NCBI RefSeq assembly: GCF_000008645.1
Contig: NC_000916.1
Span: 1,350,001-1,382,000 of the forward strand
DNA length: 32,000 bases
Direction: 5' to 3'
Source of the DNA: Methanothermobacter thermautotrophicus str. Delta H
Lineage (GTDB): Archaea; Methanobacteriota; Methanobacteria; Methanobacteriales; Methanothermobacteraceae
In this document: one piece after another, positions 8,421 through 19,447 of the stretch
Position numbering within the stretch: position 1 is the stretch's first letter
How the letters are laid out: every line of letters begins with the position of its first letter
The notes under the pieces: generated by a model
Seen by the model: only the letters and a program-made list of their open reading frames with translations
What the model was told of the DNA's origin: nothing
Database searches by the model: none
Translations under genes and position numbers: made by a program

Positions 8421-10079
8421 ATGGAAAGTCAGGTCTATGAATGTGATGTTCTGATAATAGGCTCAGGTGGAGCTGGCTGCAGGGCAGCCATAGAAGTTTC
8501 TGAACACAATCTCACGCCATTAATAGTTTCAAAGGGATTATCATTTAAATCAGGGTGCACTGGAATGGCTGAAGGAGGATACAACGCTGCATTTGCATGT
8601 GTTGACCCCGAGGACAGTCCGGATGTGCACTTCGAGGACACCATGAGGGGTGGGGGATTCCTCAATGACCCCCAGCTTGTCCGCATACTTGTGGATGAGG
8701 CACCCGACAGGTTGAGGGACCTTGAAACATATGGAGCCCTCTTTGACAGACAGGAATCCGGGCTGCTTGACCAGAGGCCCTTTGGGGGGCAGACCTACAG
8801 GAGGACATGCTACCAGGGGGACCGCACCGGCCATGAGATGATAACAGCCCTCAAGGAGGAGGTCATACGACGGGATATAGAGACAGTTGAGGAGATCATG
8901 ATAACATCCCTCCTTGTGGAGGAGGACCGTGTACTGGGAGCCATGGGTGTGTCCATAAGGGACTCAAGCACTGTGGCCTTCAGGGCGTCTTCAACCATCC
9001 TGGCAGCCGGTGGGGCCGGTCACATCTACCCCGTTACCTCCAACACCATCCAGAAGGGCGGTGATGGATTTTCAGTGGCATGGAAGGCAGGGGCTGACCT
9101 CATAGACATGGAACAGGTCCAGTTCCACCCCACGGGCATGGTCTACCCCGAGTCAAGGAGAGGGGTCCTTGTGACGGAGGCCGTGAGGGGTGAGGGCGGA
9201 ATACTCCTCAACAGTGAGGGGGAGAGGTTCATGAAGAGATACGACCCCCGCGGCGAACTGGCAACAAGGGATGTTGTTGCAAGGGCAATCTACACCGAGA
9301 TCATGGAGGGGAGGGGCACCGGGAATGGTGGAGTCTACCTTGATGTCAGCCACCTGCCCGATGAGGTCATAGAGGAGAAGCTTGAGACCATGCTCCTCCA
9401 GTTCCAGGATGTTGGTATTGATATAAGGTCCGAGCCAATGGAGGTGGCACCCACAGCACACCACTTCATGGGAGGCGTCAGGATAGATGAGTGGGGCAGG
9501 ACAAACCTCAGGAACCTCTTTGCAGCCGGTGAGGTTACCGGTGGTGTCCATGGAGCCAACAGACTGGGCGGCAATGCACTGGCGGATACCCAGGTATTCG
9601 GAAGGAGGGCCGGGATAGCAGCTGCAAGGAACGCCATCAAATCAGCCCCGGCGTCTATCAAGTCTACTGTTGAGGAGGAGGAATACCGTATAAAGTCAAT
9701 GGTGGCCGAAGGATCACACAGCCCATCCGAGATAAGGGACAGGCTTCATGAGGCCATGTGGAACGGTGTTGCCATAGTAAGGAGCCGTGAATCCCTTGAA
9801 TCAGCCAGAGCAGTTATCCAGGACCTCACGACGATGATGGGGGATCTGAATGTCCCTGAGACGTCTGGCTTTAACACCTACCTCATCGAGGCCCTCGAAC
9901 TTGAAAATATGCTTGTAACCTCATCAATGGTGGTGGAATCAGCCCTGATAAGGGAGGAGAGCAGGGGATCCCATTACAGGAAGGATTTCCCTGAAACCAG
10001 ACCTGAATGGCTTAAGAGCATAGTCCTCAACAGGAACAGAAGACCCGGCTTCATAGAGAGGGGCCTTAAATCAGCCTAG
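8421..10079 (+). CDS. tfrA: thiol:fumarate reductase subunit A (SdhA/FrdA-family flavoprotein)
   Basis: FAD-binding IIGSGGAGCRAAIEVSE, SGCTGMAEGGYNAAF, HPTGMVYPESRRGVLVTEAVRGEGG, FAAGEVTGGVHGANRLGGNALADTQVFGRRAG. The methanogen context favours TfrA. Confidence 0.85.
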   Translation: MESQVYECDVLIIGSGGAGCRAAIEVSEHNLTPLIVSKGLSFKSGCTGMAEGGYNAAFACVDPEDSPDVHFEDTMRGGGFLNDPQLVRILVDEAPDRLRDLETYGALFDRQESGLLDQRPFGGQTYRRTCYQGDRTGHEMITALKEEVIRRDIETVEEIMITSLLVEEDRVLGAMGVSIRDSSTVAFRASSTILAAGGAGHIYPVTSNTIQKGGDGFSVAWKAGADLIDMEQVQFHPTGMVYPESRRGVLVTEAVRGEGGILLNSEGERFMKRYDPRGELATRDVVARAIYTEIMEGRGTGNGGVYLDVSHLPDEVIEEKLETMLLQFQDVGIDIRSEPMEVAPTAHHFMGGVRIDEWGRTNLRNLFAAGEVTGGVHGANRLGGNALADTQVFGRRAGIAAARNAIKSAPASIKSTVEEEEYRIKSMVAEGSHSPSEIRDRLHEAMWNGVAIVRSRESLESARAVIQDLTTMMGDLNVPETSGFNTYLIEALELENMLVTSSMVVESALIREESRGSHYRKDFPETRPEWLKSIVLNRNRRPGFIERGLKSA

Positions 10080-10102
10080 GTCCACCTTAAACATAGGTCA
10101 GC

Positions 10103-10797
10103 TCATATGATCTGCTGCCGATGATCACCTGCCATGATCTTCAGCACGGTATCCCGGAGTTCAGGTTTTCTGTAATCAGGGAATACATGGCGGGCCCCTG
10201 CCGCCATCAGGGCCCGATCACTGTACCTTCCTGCTGATATGCCGATGTTAACAGCCCCAACATGGTCACCAGCCCTCATGTCATGGGGAGTGTCTCCGAA
10301 GAGCACGGTACTCCCGGTTGCACCGATCCTGAGACCCCTTCTAACCGCAATCTCTGTTAGCTTATTCCTGTCAGGACTGTCACTACCAAACCCGCCGAAG
10401 GAAAAGTAACCTGCAATACCTGCCCTTTCGAGCTTCATGAATGCTATTTCCCTCAGTTGCCTGTAACAAGGCCCATAGGTACATCCATGGATTTAAGGAA
10501 ACTCAGGAACTCCTCCACGCCATCTATGAGTTCTATATTCTCTTCATTTATGTTATGTTTCACGTATTCTCTGAGTTCCCGGAGGAATCTGGGCAGCTGA
10601 CCCTCTATCTCTTCACCTTCAAGGCCCCTGAGGAGGAGGACCTCCTCTGCTATCACAGGGTCTGTCTTTCCATGGTAGTCTATGAGCTCCACGCCGGCAT
10701 CAACACCATAGACCTCCCTGAAGGCGTGCCTGAAGGCATTCTCATGGGCGGAAGAGCGGTGTATCAGGGTCTTATCAACATCAAAGAGGGCCATCAT
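10103..10797 (-). pseudogene. HAD-superfamily hydrolase (phosphoglycolate-phosphatase-like) split by an apparent 1-nt deletion
   Basis: ORF 10453..10797 (MMALFDVDKTLIHRSSAHENAF...VPMGLVTGN*) and ORF 10103..10438 (MKLERAGIAGYFSFGGFGSD...LFGDTPHDMRAGDHVG) form one HAD protein. Adding one base near 10456 gives ...VTGNLREIAFMKLERAGI.... Confidence 0.85.
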
Positions 10798-12077
10798 CCT
10801 GTTAGCTCCGCGGCAGCTGCTTCTGCGAGTTCCATCACGTATTTCTCCTCCAGGACCTCCAGTTCTCCATCCCTCAGGAGAATCCTCCCATCACATATGA
10901 CGGTGTCCACATCGGCCCCTGAGGCAGAATATACCGTGTGTGACGGAGGGTTTCTCCAGGGAGTCAGGTGGGGCCTCCTGGTATTAAGTATGACGATGTC
11001 AGCGAGCTTACCAGGCGCTATAAGACCGGCGTCGATTCCAAGGGCCCTGGCACCGTTGAGTGTGGCCATACTGAACACATCCATGGCTGGAAGCGCTGTA
11101 GGGTCTTCAAGGTTCACCTTCTGGAGCAGTGAGGCTGTTTTCATCTCCTGGAACATGTCAAGGTTGTTGTTTGATGCGGCGCCATCGGTTCCCAGTGAAA
11201 CGTTAACACCCCTCTGGAGGAGCCGGGCGACCGGGGATACTCCCGATGCAAGTTTCATGTTACTTGAGGGGTTGTGTGAGACCTTCACATCTCTCTCTGC
11301 AAGTACATCAATCTCCCAGTCCTTCAGCCACACGCAGTGGGCAGCCACGGTCCGTGGGCCCAGCACCCCAACCTCATCAAGGTACTCCACAGGGGTCATT
11401 CCATGGGACCTAGAGACTTCACTGACCTCATTCTCTGTCTCTGAGACATGTATATGTATCATGAGATCATTTTTATCGGCCAGGGCAGCTGTCTCTTTAA
11501 GGAGTTCCTCTGAGCACGTGTAGGGGCTGTGAGGGCCAAGCGCAACCCTTATGCGGTCATCTGCCATCCCATGGCATTCCTTTATTATCCTGCGGCTCTC
11601 CCTCAGTTCGGCCGTCATCTTTTCAGTGTCTCCCAGGTCTATCATACCGTGGCTTATGACGCACCTGAGGCCTGCCTCCTCCACGGCACGTGCAACGTGG
11701 TCCATGTAGAAGTACATGTCGTTGAAGGAGGTTGTACCTGATCTTATCATCTCGATGCATCCCAGCAGGGCTCCGGCGTAGCAGTAATCCCCGTTGAGCC
11801 GGGCCTCGGCAGGCCATATGTGATCGTTCAGCCACCTGTCAAGGGGTAGGTCATCTGCAATCCCCCTGAAGAGTGTCATTGAGAGGTGAGTGTGGGTGTT
11901 CACAAGTCCAGGAATCAGGAGCTTGCCTGTTCCGTCAATAACGGTGTCAGCATCCCCCGGGCTGAGGGTGTTCGAGACATCAGCTATCCTGTTATCCTCA
12001 ATGAGGACGGATCCCCGCCGGATTCCCCCTGCATCAAGGATCTCTGGACCGGTTATCAGTATGCTTTCATTATCCAT
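10794..12077 (-). CDS. dadD: 5'-deoxyadenosine / SAH / MTA deaminase-family amidohydrolase
   Basis: LLIPGLVNTHTHLSMTLFRGIADDLPLDRWL, IHIHVSETENEV, AHCVWL, VSLGTDGAASNNNLDM, ADIVILN. AAGGTGG upstream of ATG. Confidence 0.85.
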   Translation of the reverse strand: MDNESILITGPEILDAGGIRRGSVLIEDNRIADVSNTLSPGDADTVIDGTGKLLIPGLVNTHTHLSMTLFRGIADDLPLDRWLNDHIWPAEARLNGDYCYAGALLGCIEMIRSGTTSFNDMYFYMDHVARAVEEAGLRCVISHGMIDLGDTEKMTAELRESRRIIKECHGMADDRIRVALGPHSPYTCSEELLKETAALADKNDLMIHIHVSETENEVSEVSRSHGMTPVEYLDEVGVLGPRTVAAHCVWLKDWEIDVLAERDVKVSHNPSSNMKLASGVSPVARLLQRGVNVSLGTDGAASNNNLDMFQEMKTASLLQKVNLEDPTALPAMDVFSMATLNGARALGIDAGLIAPGKLADIVILNTRRPHLTPWRNPPSHTVYSASGADVDTVICDGRILLRDGELEVLEEKYVMELAEAAAAELTG

Positions 12078-12093
12078 GGAACCACCTTATAAC

Positions 12094-12113
12094 TTATAAG
12101 TTCTAACTTATAA
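12094..12113. promoter_or_regulatory. perfect 9-bp inverted repeat overlapping the putative dadD TATA region
   Basis: TTATAAGTT-CT-AACTTATAA; an additional overlapping AACTTATAA direct copy starts at 12091. Confidence 0.6.
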
Positions 12114-12133
12114 TCGGTCAGGGACCGGACTCC

Positions 12134-12152
12134 AAACCTATTATATAGGTTT
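12134..12152. promoter_or_regulatory. perfect 8-bp inverted repeat in dadD-hisG intergenic region
   Basis: AAACCTAT-TAT-ATAGGTTT. Confidence 0.6.
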
Positions 12153-12194
12153 CCTGAAAGAGATATAAGTTAATCTCCAGTGAAGAATGATAGA

Positions 12195-12225
12195 TCCTGC
12201 AGATGAACGGATAAACCCTGCAGGA
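12195..12225. promoter_or_regulatory. inverted repeat / potential hairpin upstream of hisG
   Basis: TCCTGCAG-15 nt-CTGCAGGA. Confidence 0.45.
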
Positions 12226-12266
12226 GCTTAATGTAAAATAAATTTAACCAGTCATCGAGGGATTTA

Positions 12267-13130
12267 ATGAAGATAAGAATAGCGGTTCCCTCCAAGGGAA
12301 GGATAAGCGAGCCTGCAATAAGGTTACTTGAAAATGCAGGTGTCGGCCTTAAGGACACTGTTAACAGGAAATTATTCTCAAAGACACAGCACCCCCAGAT
12401 TGAGGTAATGTTCAGCAGAGCAGCGGATATACCGGAATTCGTTGCCGACGGTGCCGCTGACCTGGGGATCACCGGCTATGACCTCATAGTTGAAAGGGGA
12501 AGTGACGTTGAAATCCTGGAGGACCTCAAATACGGGAGGGCCAGCCTGGTTCTTGCAGCCCCTGAGGACTCCACCATCAGGGGCCCGGAGGACATACCTC
12601 GGGGTGCAGTTATAGCCACAGAGTTCCCGGGGATAACAGAGAACTATCTCAGGGAGCATGGTATAGATGCGGAGGTTGTTGAACTCACAGGATCAACAGA
12701 GATAGCGCCCTTCATTGGAGTCGCTGACCTCATAACAGACCTCAGCAGCACAGGGACAACCCTCAGGATGAACCACCTCCGGGTAATCGACACCATCCTC
12801 GAAAGTTCGGTTAAGCTCATAGCAAACAGGGAAAGCTACGCCACCAAATCAGGGATAATAGAGGAACTCAGAACAGGGATACGTGGAGTCATAGATGCCG
12901 AGGGGAAGAGACTGGTGATGCTTAACATCGACCGCAAAAACCTTGACAGGGTCAGGGCCCTGATGCCCGGGATGACAGGTCCCACGGTCTCAGAGGTGCT
13001 CTCAGATAACGGGGTTGTGGCAGTACACGCAGTGGTGGATGAAAAGGAGGTCTTCAACCTCATAAACAGGCTCAAGGCGGTGGGGGCAAGGGATATACTT
13101 GTTGTGCCCATTGAGAGGATAATACCCTGA
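12267..13130 (+). CDS. hisG: ATP phosphoribosyltransferase, long form with C-terminal regulatory domain
   Basis: MKIRIAVPSKGRISEPAIRLLENAG, GAADLGITGYDL, SSGTTLRMNHLRVI-type motifs; 287 aa with a C-terminal domain ending VPIERIIP. Confidence 0.93.
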   Translation: MKIRIAVPSKGRISEPAIRLLENAGVGLKDTVNRKLFSKTQHPQIEVMFSRAADIPEFVADGAADLGITGYDLIVERGSDVEILEDLKYGRASLVLAAPEDSTIRGPEDIPRGAVIATEFPGITENYLREHGIDAEVVELTGSTEIAPFIGVADLITDLSSTGTTLRMNHLRVIDTILESSVKLIANRESYATKSGIIEELRTGIRGVIDAEGKRLVMLNIDRKNLDRVRALMPGMTGPTVSEVLSDNGVVAVHAVVDEKEVFNLINRLKAVGARDILVVPIERIIP

Positions 13131-13132
13131 GG

Positions 13133-13915
13133 GTGATTGAATTGAAATTCCTGAGGTTCATGAAGGATGGAAGGCTCCTTCACGGGTTCACAGAGAACAG
13201 AAGGATATTGGAGATCCGGGAGGAGGAATACCTCTCAGATAACCCTGAGGTCATTGCTGAACATTCACTGGATGATGTGAGGATACTACCACCGGTATCC
13301 CCATCCAAGGTAGTCTGTGTGGGCCTCAACTACAGGGACCATGCCGCTGAACTTGGAATGGACATCCCGGATGAACCGATCATCTTCCTTAAACCGCCGA
13401 CAACCGTGATAGGTTCTGGGGACACAGTGATATATCCTGAGATGTCCTCAGAAGTTGACTATGAGGTTGAACTTGCAGCCGTCGTATCAGAGAGGGCCCG
13501 GAGGGTTGACTCCTCGGCGGCATCTGAGTTCATAGCAGGCTACACTGTCCTCAATGATGTAACTGCAAGGGACCTGCAGAGGAGGGACGGTCAGTGGACA
13601 CGTGCAAAGAGTTTTGACACCTTCTGCCCGATAGGGCCTGTAATAGAGACTGATGTAACTCCGGATAATCTTGATATATCCCTGAAACTCAATGGAGAGG
13701 TCAGACAGTCCTCAAACACGTCCAACATGATATTCACGGTCCACGAGCTCCTCGAGTTCATATCCCATGTCATGACACTGGAGCCAGGGGACGTCATAGC
13801 AACTGGCACACCTCCCGGCGTGGGCCAGATGGTACCTGGGGACACCGTGAGGGCCACCGTTGAGGGTGTGGGGACCCTTGTGAACCGGGTTGAAAGGTCT
13901 GTGTGGATGGATTGA
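13133..13915 (+). CDS. fumarylacetoacetate hydrolase family protein
   Basis: CVGLNYRDHAAELGMDIPDEPIIFLKPPTTVIG, GYTVLNDVTARDLQ, DVIATGTPPGVG. Confidence 0.9.
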   Translation: MIELKFLRFMKDGRLLHGFTENRRILEIREEEYLSDNPEVIAEHSLDDVRILPPVSPSKVVCVGLNYRDHAAELGMDIPDEPIIFLKPPTTVIGSGDTVIYPEMSSEVDYEVELAAVVSERARRVDSSAASEFIAGYTVLNDVTARDLQRRDGQWTRAKSFDTFCPIGPVIETDVTPDNLDISLKLNGEVRQSSNTSNMIFTVHELLEFISHVMTLEPGDVIATGTPPGVGQMVPGDTVRATVEGVGTLVNRVERSVWMD

Positions 13916-13960
13916 GGATTTTATCGACCATTGAGAAAGGATTCTTTTTTCATAATTTTT

Positions 13961-14052
13961 CAGAGAAAAGAGAGATGGGTCTGGATATTCTTTTGAGGAA
14001 TTCTCATTTTTTCATATGTTTGCAGAGAAAAGAGAAAAAATGGGTCTGGATT
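13961..14052. repeat. two-copy direct repeat in the convergent FAH/leuS intergenic region
   Basis: CAGAGAAAAGAGAGATGGGTCTGGATA (from 13961) and CAGAGAAAAGAGAAAAAAATGGGTCTGGATT (from 14023). Both are preceded by a T-rich 'attct...ttttttcat' tract. Confidence 0.8.
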
Positions 14053-14081
14053 TATACTCTAGGAAAAGAGCTGTCTGAGGA

Positions 14082-16895
14082 TCATTCAAGGTATATGGCT
14101 GGCTTCAGGGGAACGGCATTCACAGCCTTGTTTTCAGGGTCATAGTCTGGTTTGCTGTGTATCACAACCCTGGCTCCAACCTCTGATTCAATGTAATCAG
14201 ATGCATCCATGAGTACGCTGTACTCGTCTATCACCGTAACCTCTGATTTACCAAGGTCCCTGATGATCCTCCTTACAAATTCAGCAACCTCCTTCATGTT
14301 ATCATGGATGCCCTCAGCTGAAACCCTTCCCATTATGGAGCCCATATCTAGTTTTCCTACCTCTGCTGCGACCCTTAGCACATCCCATTTCCATTTTGGT
14401 GAGGTGTATATGTGGACCCTCTCCGGGGTGGATCCAAGGATCTTCATGATTTCCTGAATGTCTCTAACGGTATTCTGGACCATCTCCTCTGCAACCTGCA
14501 CATCCCTGCTCTCTGCATCATCTGAGAAGTCAGGCCATGGAGCTTCTGCTACAAAACCCTCACCACCATACCTCTCCCACATCTCCTCAGCAGTGTAGGG
14601 TATGAATGGAGCCATGAGCCTTATCCAGGCGTGCAGAACGTTTGCAAGGACAGATTTAACCTCATCATCAACTCTACCCTCAACACGCTTAAGGTAGTGG
14701 TCAACATCCTTTTTAAGGAGATAGAGTGCCTCCTGAACTGCCTTTCTTGTCTGGAATGATTCAAGGGCCCTTGTGGCTTCACGTATCCTCTGGTTCAGCT
14801 GACCCATCATCCACCTTCCAATGAAGCTTTCAGGTTCAGCTGGAGTAACCTCACTGAGGACTGGCCTACCATCCAGGATACCTGAGACCCTCTCTCCGAA
14901 TTCCCTGAACCATTCAATCCTCCTGCGGGTCCCGATGACCTCACTCTCCCTCCAGTCAAAGTCCTGCCATGGCTCTGCTGAGGACATGAGGAAGAGCCGC
15001 ACCACGTCTGCACCGTGCTTCTCGATGGCATCCCTCAGGAGTATGACGTTGCCCTTGGAGGATGACATCTTGTTGCCCTCAAGAAGGCCCATACCAAAGA
15101 CCACAGCCCCCCGGGGCCACCCTGACTCAGGGAATATGGCTGAGTGGTGGAATATATGGAATGTCAGGTGATTGCCTATGAGGTCCTTTGCAGAGAGCCT
15201 CCAGTCAAGGGGGTACCAGTACCGGAATTCCTCCCTGAGATCCTCAAAGGTTCCTGAATCATCTAGGAATATGGCATCAAAGAACTCATCGTCCATCTCC
15301 CCGGCATCCATCTCCCTGAGGCGGTGTGCGATGGTGTAATATGCCATGTAGATTGTTGAGTCTGTGAGGGGTTCGATGATCCACCTCTCATCCCAGGGCA
15401 GCCTTGTTCCAAGGCCTATCCTCCTTGAACATGCCCAGTCATTGAGCCAGTCGATGTAGTATTCAAAGTTGGCCCGGACCTCCTCGGGTATTATCTTCAT
15501 GCCATCGAGGCACCTGTGGGCGAGGTCCTTCCAGGCGTCATCAGAGTACTTCATGAACCACTGGTCCTCCATGACCCTCACAACGCACCTGCCACCGCAG
15601 CGGCATATAACAGGTCGCTCAGCGAATTCATACATCTCATCTGCAAGGCCCTGGTCCTTCAGTTCATCAGCGATGACCTCACGGGCCTCAGAGACCTTCA
15701 TACCACCATAGACAGGGATGTGGCTGCTCATAACACCCCTCGCATGCTCGATCTTGTATAGCTCCCCGGTGGCATCCTCAAGGCGGGGGTCCTCCTGGTT
15801 TCTGACACCAAATTTCTCTATAACCTCGGCCGCCGGGAACTCACCGTAGCCATCCACTGCTATGACATTCACGGGCTCAATATCAGCAACCACATCCTCA
15901 AGACCGTACCTTTCAAGGAGTTCATGGTCTGTCCTGAGGTCCTCAAGGGCTATGAAGTCTGCAGGGGCATGTGCAGGGACAGAGAACACAACACCTGTGG
16001 CATATTCAGGGTCAACGAAGGAAGCCGGGAGTATGGGGTGTTCCTGGCCCGTCACAGGATTCTCCACGCACATCCCTATCAGGTCCCCGGGGTTGACGTC
16101 ACCGGAAACCTTGAGGTCCAGTTTCTGGTGTGAAAGATTATCCACGGCAGCCCTGCTTATTATCCACTCCTCACCACCTGTTTCAACCCTCACATAATCC
16201 TCATCAGGGTTCAGCCAGAGGTTGGTGGCCCCATAGATTGTCTCGGGCCTGAAGGTGGCTGCGACCAGGTATGAGTCTCCAAGTTTGAATTTGAGGAGTG
16301 TGAGCTGGTTTATGGCAACCCCCTCACCCTCAAGGAGGTCATGGTCACCCACAGGGTTTTCACATTCAGGGCAGTACTTAACAGGATGGGCGCCCTTCCT
16401 TACGAGGCCAAGGTCCCTCAGCTTCCTTATCTGCCACTGTATGAACCTGCTGTAGGTGGGATCCGTGGTTTTGAATTCACGCCTCCAGTCGATGGAGTAG
16501 CCCATATCCTCCATAACAGACCGGTATTCCCTGCTGAAGTATTCAACTATGTACTCAGGGTCACTGAAACGTTCAAGCTCATCCTCGGGGACCCTGTGGA
16601 CCTCCCTGTAGATTTTGAGGGTCCAGGGATCCTTCCTCTGAATCCTCCGCGCTATCCCTATGACAGGGGCCCCTGTGACATGCCAGGCCATGGGAAACAG
16701 GACGTTGTAGCCCTGCATCCTCTTGAACCGTGCATAGACATCAGGGACAGTGTAGGTCCTCCCGTGTCCTATGTGCATCGCACCACTGGGGTAGGGGTAA
16801 GCGACTGTGAGGAATATCTTTTCTCTGTCATCAGGGTCAGCCTGAAATATGCCAGCATCTCTCCATCTATCACGCCATTTTCTTTCAATATCCAC
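14082..16895 (-). CDS. leuS: leucyl-tRNA synthetase
   Basis: [42 protein letters not shown]. Likely GTG start at 16895 (GTG GAT ATT GAA) with GGTG upstream; the ORF is open to ATG 16931. Confidence 0.93.
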   Translation of the reverse strand: MDIERKWRDRWRDAGIFQADPDDREKIFLTVAYPYPSGAMHIGHGRTYTVPDVYARFKRMQGYNVLFPMAWHVTGAPVIGIARRIQRKDPWTLKIYREVHRVPEDELERFSDPEYIVEYFSREYRSVMEDMGYSIDWRREFKTTDPTYSRFIQWQIRKLRDLGLVRKGAHPVKYCPECENPVGDHDLLEGEGVAINQLTLLKFKLGDSYLVAATFRPETIYGATNLWLNPDEDYVRVETGGEEWIISRAAVDNLSHQKLDLKVSGDVNPGDLIGMCVENPVTGQEHPILPASFVDPEYATGVVFSVPAHAPADFIALEDLRTDHELLERYGLEDVVADIEPVNVIAVDGYGEFPAAEVIEKFGVRNQEDPRLEDATGELYKIEHARGVMSSHIPVYGGMKVSEAREVIADELKDQGLADEMYEFAERPVICRCGGRCVVRVMEDQWFMKYSDDAWKDLAHRCLDGMKIIPEEVRANFEYYIDWLNDWACSRRIGLGTRLPWDERWIIEPLTDSTIYMAYYTIAHRLREMDAGEMDDEFFDAIFLDDSGTFEDLREEFRYWYPLDWRLSAKDLIGNHLTFHIFHHSAIFPESGWPRGAVVFGMGLLEGNKMSSSKGNVILLRDAIEKHGADVVRLFLMSSAEPWQDFDWRESEVIGTRRRIEWFREFGERVSGILDGRPVLSEVTPAEPESFIGRWMMGQLNQRIREATRALESFQTRKAVQEALYLLKKDVDHYLKRVEGRVDDEVKSVLANVLHAWIRLMAPFIPYTAEEMWERYGGEGFVAEAPWPDFSDDAESRDVQVAEEMVQNTVRDIQEIMKILGSTPERVHIYTSPKWKWDVLRVAAEVGKLDMGSIMGRVSAEGIHDNMKEVAEFVRRIIRDLGKSEVTVIDEYSVLMDASDYIESEVGARVVIHSKPDYDPENKAVNAVPLKPAIYLE

Positions 16896-16908
16896 TGAAT
16901 CACCGCCA

Positions 16909-17226
16909 TCATGGCCTTTTAACTTCATCATCTAACCATTCAAGGTAATCACGAGATCCCCCGGTTATGGGAATTGATATTATGCATGGATTATCATAAC
17001 TATGTAGTTCCCTGACTCTTTTAATTATTTGCGGGGTCAGTTCATGGGACGTTTTAACAATGAGGGCTGACTCTTCATCCTCCTCCATGCTTCCCTCCCA
17101 GTGATAGATGGACCTTATGGAGGGGATTATATTAACACAGGCAGCGAGTCTCTCCTCAACAAGTTTACGTCCGATGGATGCTGATTCATCCACTGAGGAT
17201 GCTGTTATGTAGATCAGTGTGAACAC
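16909..17226 (-). CDS. cutA: divalent-cation tolerance protein CutA1 family
   Basis: [38 protein letters not shown]; GTG start preceded by a full GGAGGTGAT. Confidence 0.93.
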
Positions 17227-18014
17227 TCCATCACCTCCCAGATATCCGGGACCTCAGGGGGTTTCAGTTTATGCTCCGATCCCTTAACCATACTGGCAAT
17301 CCTTTCAACCTCTGAGGGTGGCAGTGATAGGGTGGATGCGACCTCCTCCACCGGGAGCTTCCTGTCAACCAGGAGGCAGAGGAGTTCATCCAGTAGATCG
17401 TACTTCATGCCGAGTTCCTCCTCATCGGTCTGGCCGTGCCAGAGGCCGGCTGTGGGAGGTTTTTTTATTATCTCAGGGGGAACACCCAGCCTCCCCGCAA
17501 GTTCACGGACCTGTCCCTTGTACAGTCCTCCGATGGGTAGCATATCAACTCCACCATCACCGTACTTGGTGAAGTAACCCAGAAGTAGCTCGGTCCGGTT
17601 ACCGGTACCTGCCACGAGCCGGTTCAGGGAGTTGGCATGGTAGTAGAGGATCACCATGCGGGCCCTTGGTTTAAGGTTTGCCAGTGCCAGTTCATTCGCA
17701 TTGTGGCTGCAGAGCCCAGTGAGGGATTCTATGATGGGGTCAATGTCTATGGTTTCACTCTCAATTCCAAGTTCATCTGCAACGGTCCTGGCATGTCTCA
17801 GATCATCCCTGGGGGTAGTACTGGATGGCATGATTAGCCCGAGGACCCTGTCAGGTCCCAGAGCATTAACTGCAAGGTATGCTACTGTGCTTGAGTCCAC
17901 ACCACCACTGAGCCCCAGCACCACACCGCTGGCTCCACTCTCAGCCACCTTCTGCCTTATGAAATCCTCTATTACCGATACCACTTCAGAACAAAGCCCG
18001 GGAACACACTTCAT
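17214..18014 (-). CDS. nadE: NAD+ synthetase
   Basis: [55 protein letters not shown] 18014 follows GTGG; the ORF extends to TTG 18038. Confidence 0.92.
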
Positions 18015-18129
18015 GGAACCACTCTCATCAAACAGCAATGGTTAAAAGTAAGTAGGGTATATTTTATATAACTATCAAAAGAGGTAGAAAAACTTATATC
18101 AGTGATGCTGATCTTGGATCGATGATTAA

Positions 18130-19122
<993 letters not shown>

Positions 19123-19447
19123 ATCCCTTAAATTTTTTATGATCAGTACATTGAGCACCTGATTTTTCCTCTTTTTACCACCTTTAAGGCCACTGTATTA
19201 TAGAATCACCATCTTTTATTAAAAAATTTTCCATCTCAGATGTCATTATTTCAATTTATATCATATTTAAGACCTTTAAATCTTAATATGGAATTTAAAT
19301 GGGAGTATATCAAATTTTAAAATAATTTTTGACTTCTTAATGTATTTTAGGATGCTGGGGGCTCCTAATTTTTTCAAAGAAAAAAATGCCAAAATTTATA
19401 ATATTCATTCAAATTACTTAACAATATATTAATGTTAGGTGAGCACT

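Noticed and set aside
9153-9551. 132-aa and 108-aa minus-strand ORFs inside tfrA
   Set aside because: Antisense shadows of a conserved flavoprotein gene; no family motifs.
10441-11523. 360-aa plus-strand ORF
   Set aside because: Entirely antisense to the well-supported dadD-like and HAD genes, with low-complexity Ser-rich C-terminus and no recognisable domain. It is explained by GC-biased codon shadowing.
16341-16898. 185-aa plus-strand ORF antisense to leuS
   Set aside because: leuS reads continuously with motifs on the other strand; no Shine-Dalgarno or domain supports the antisense ORF.
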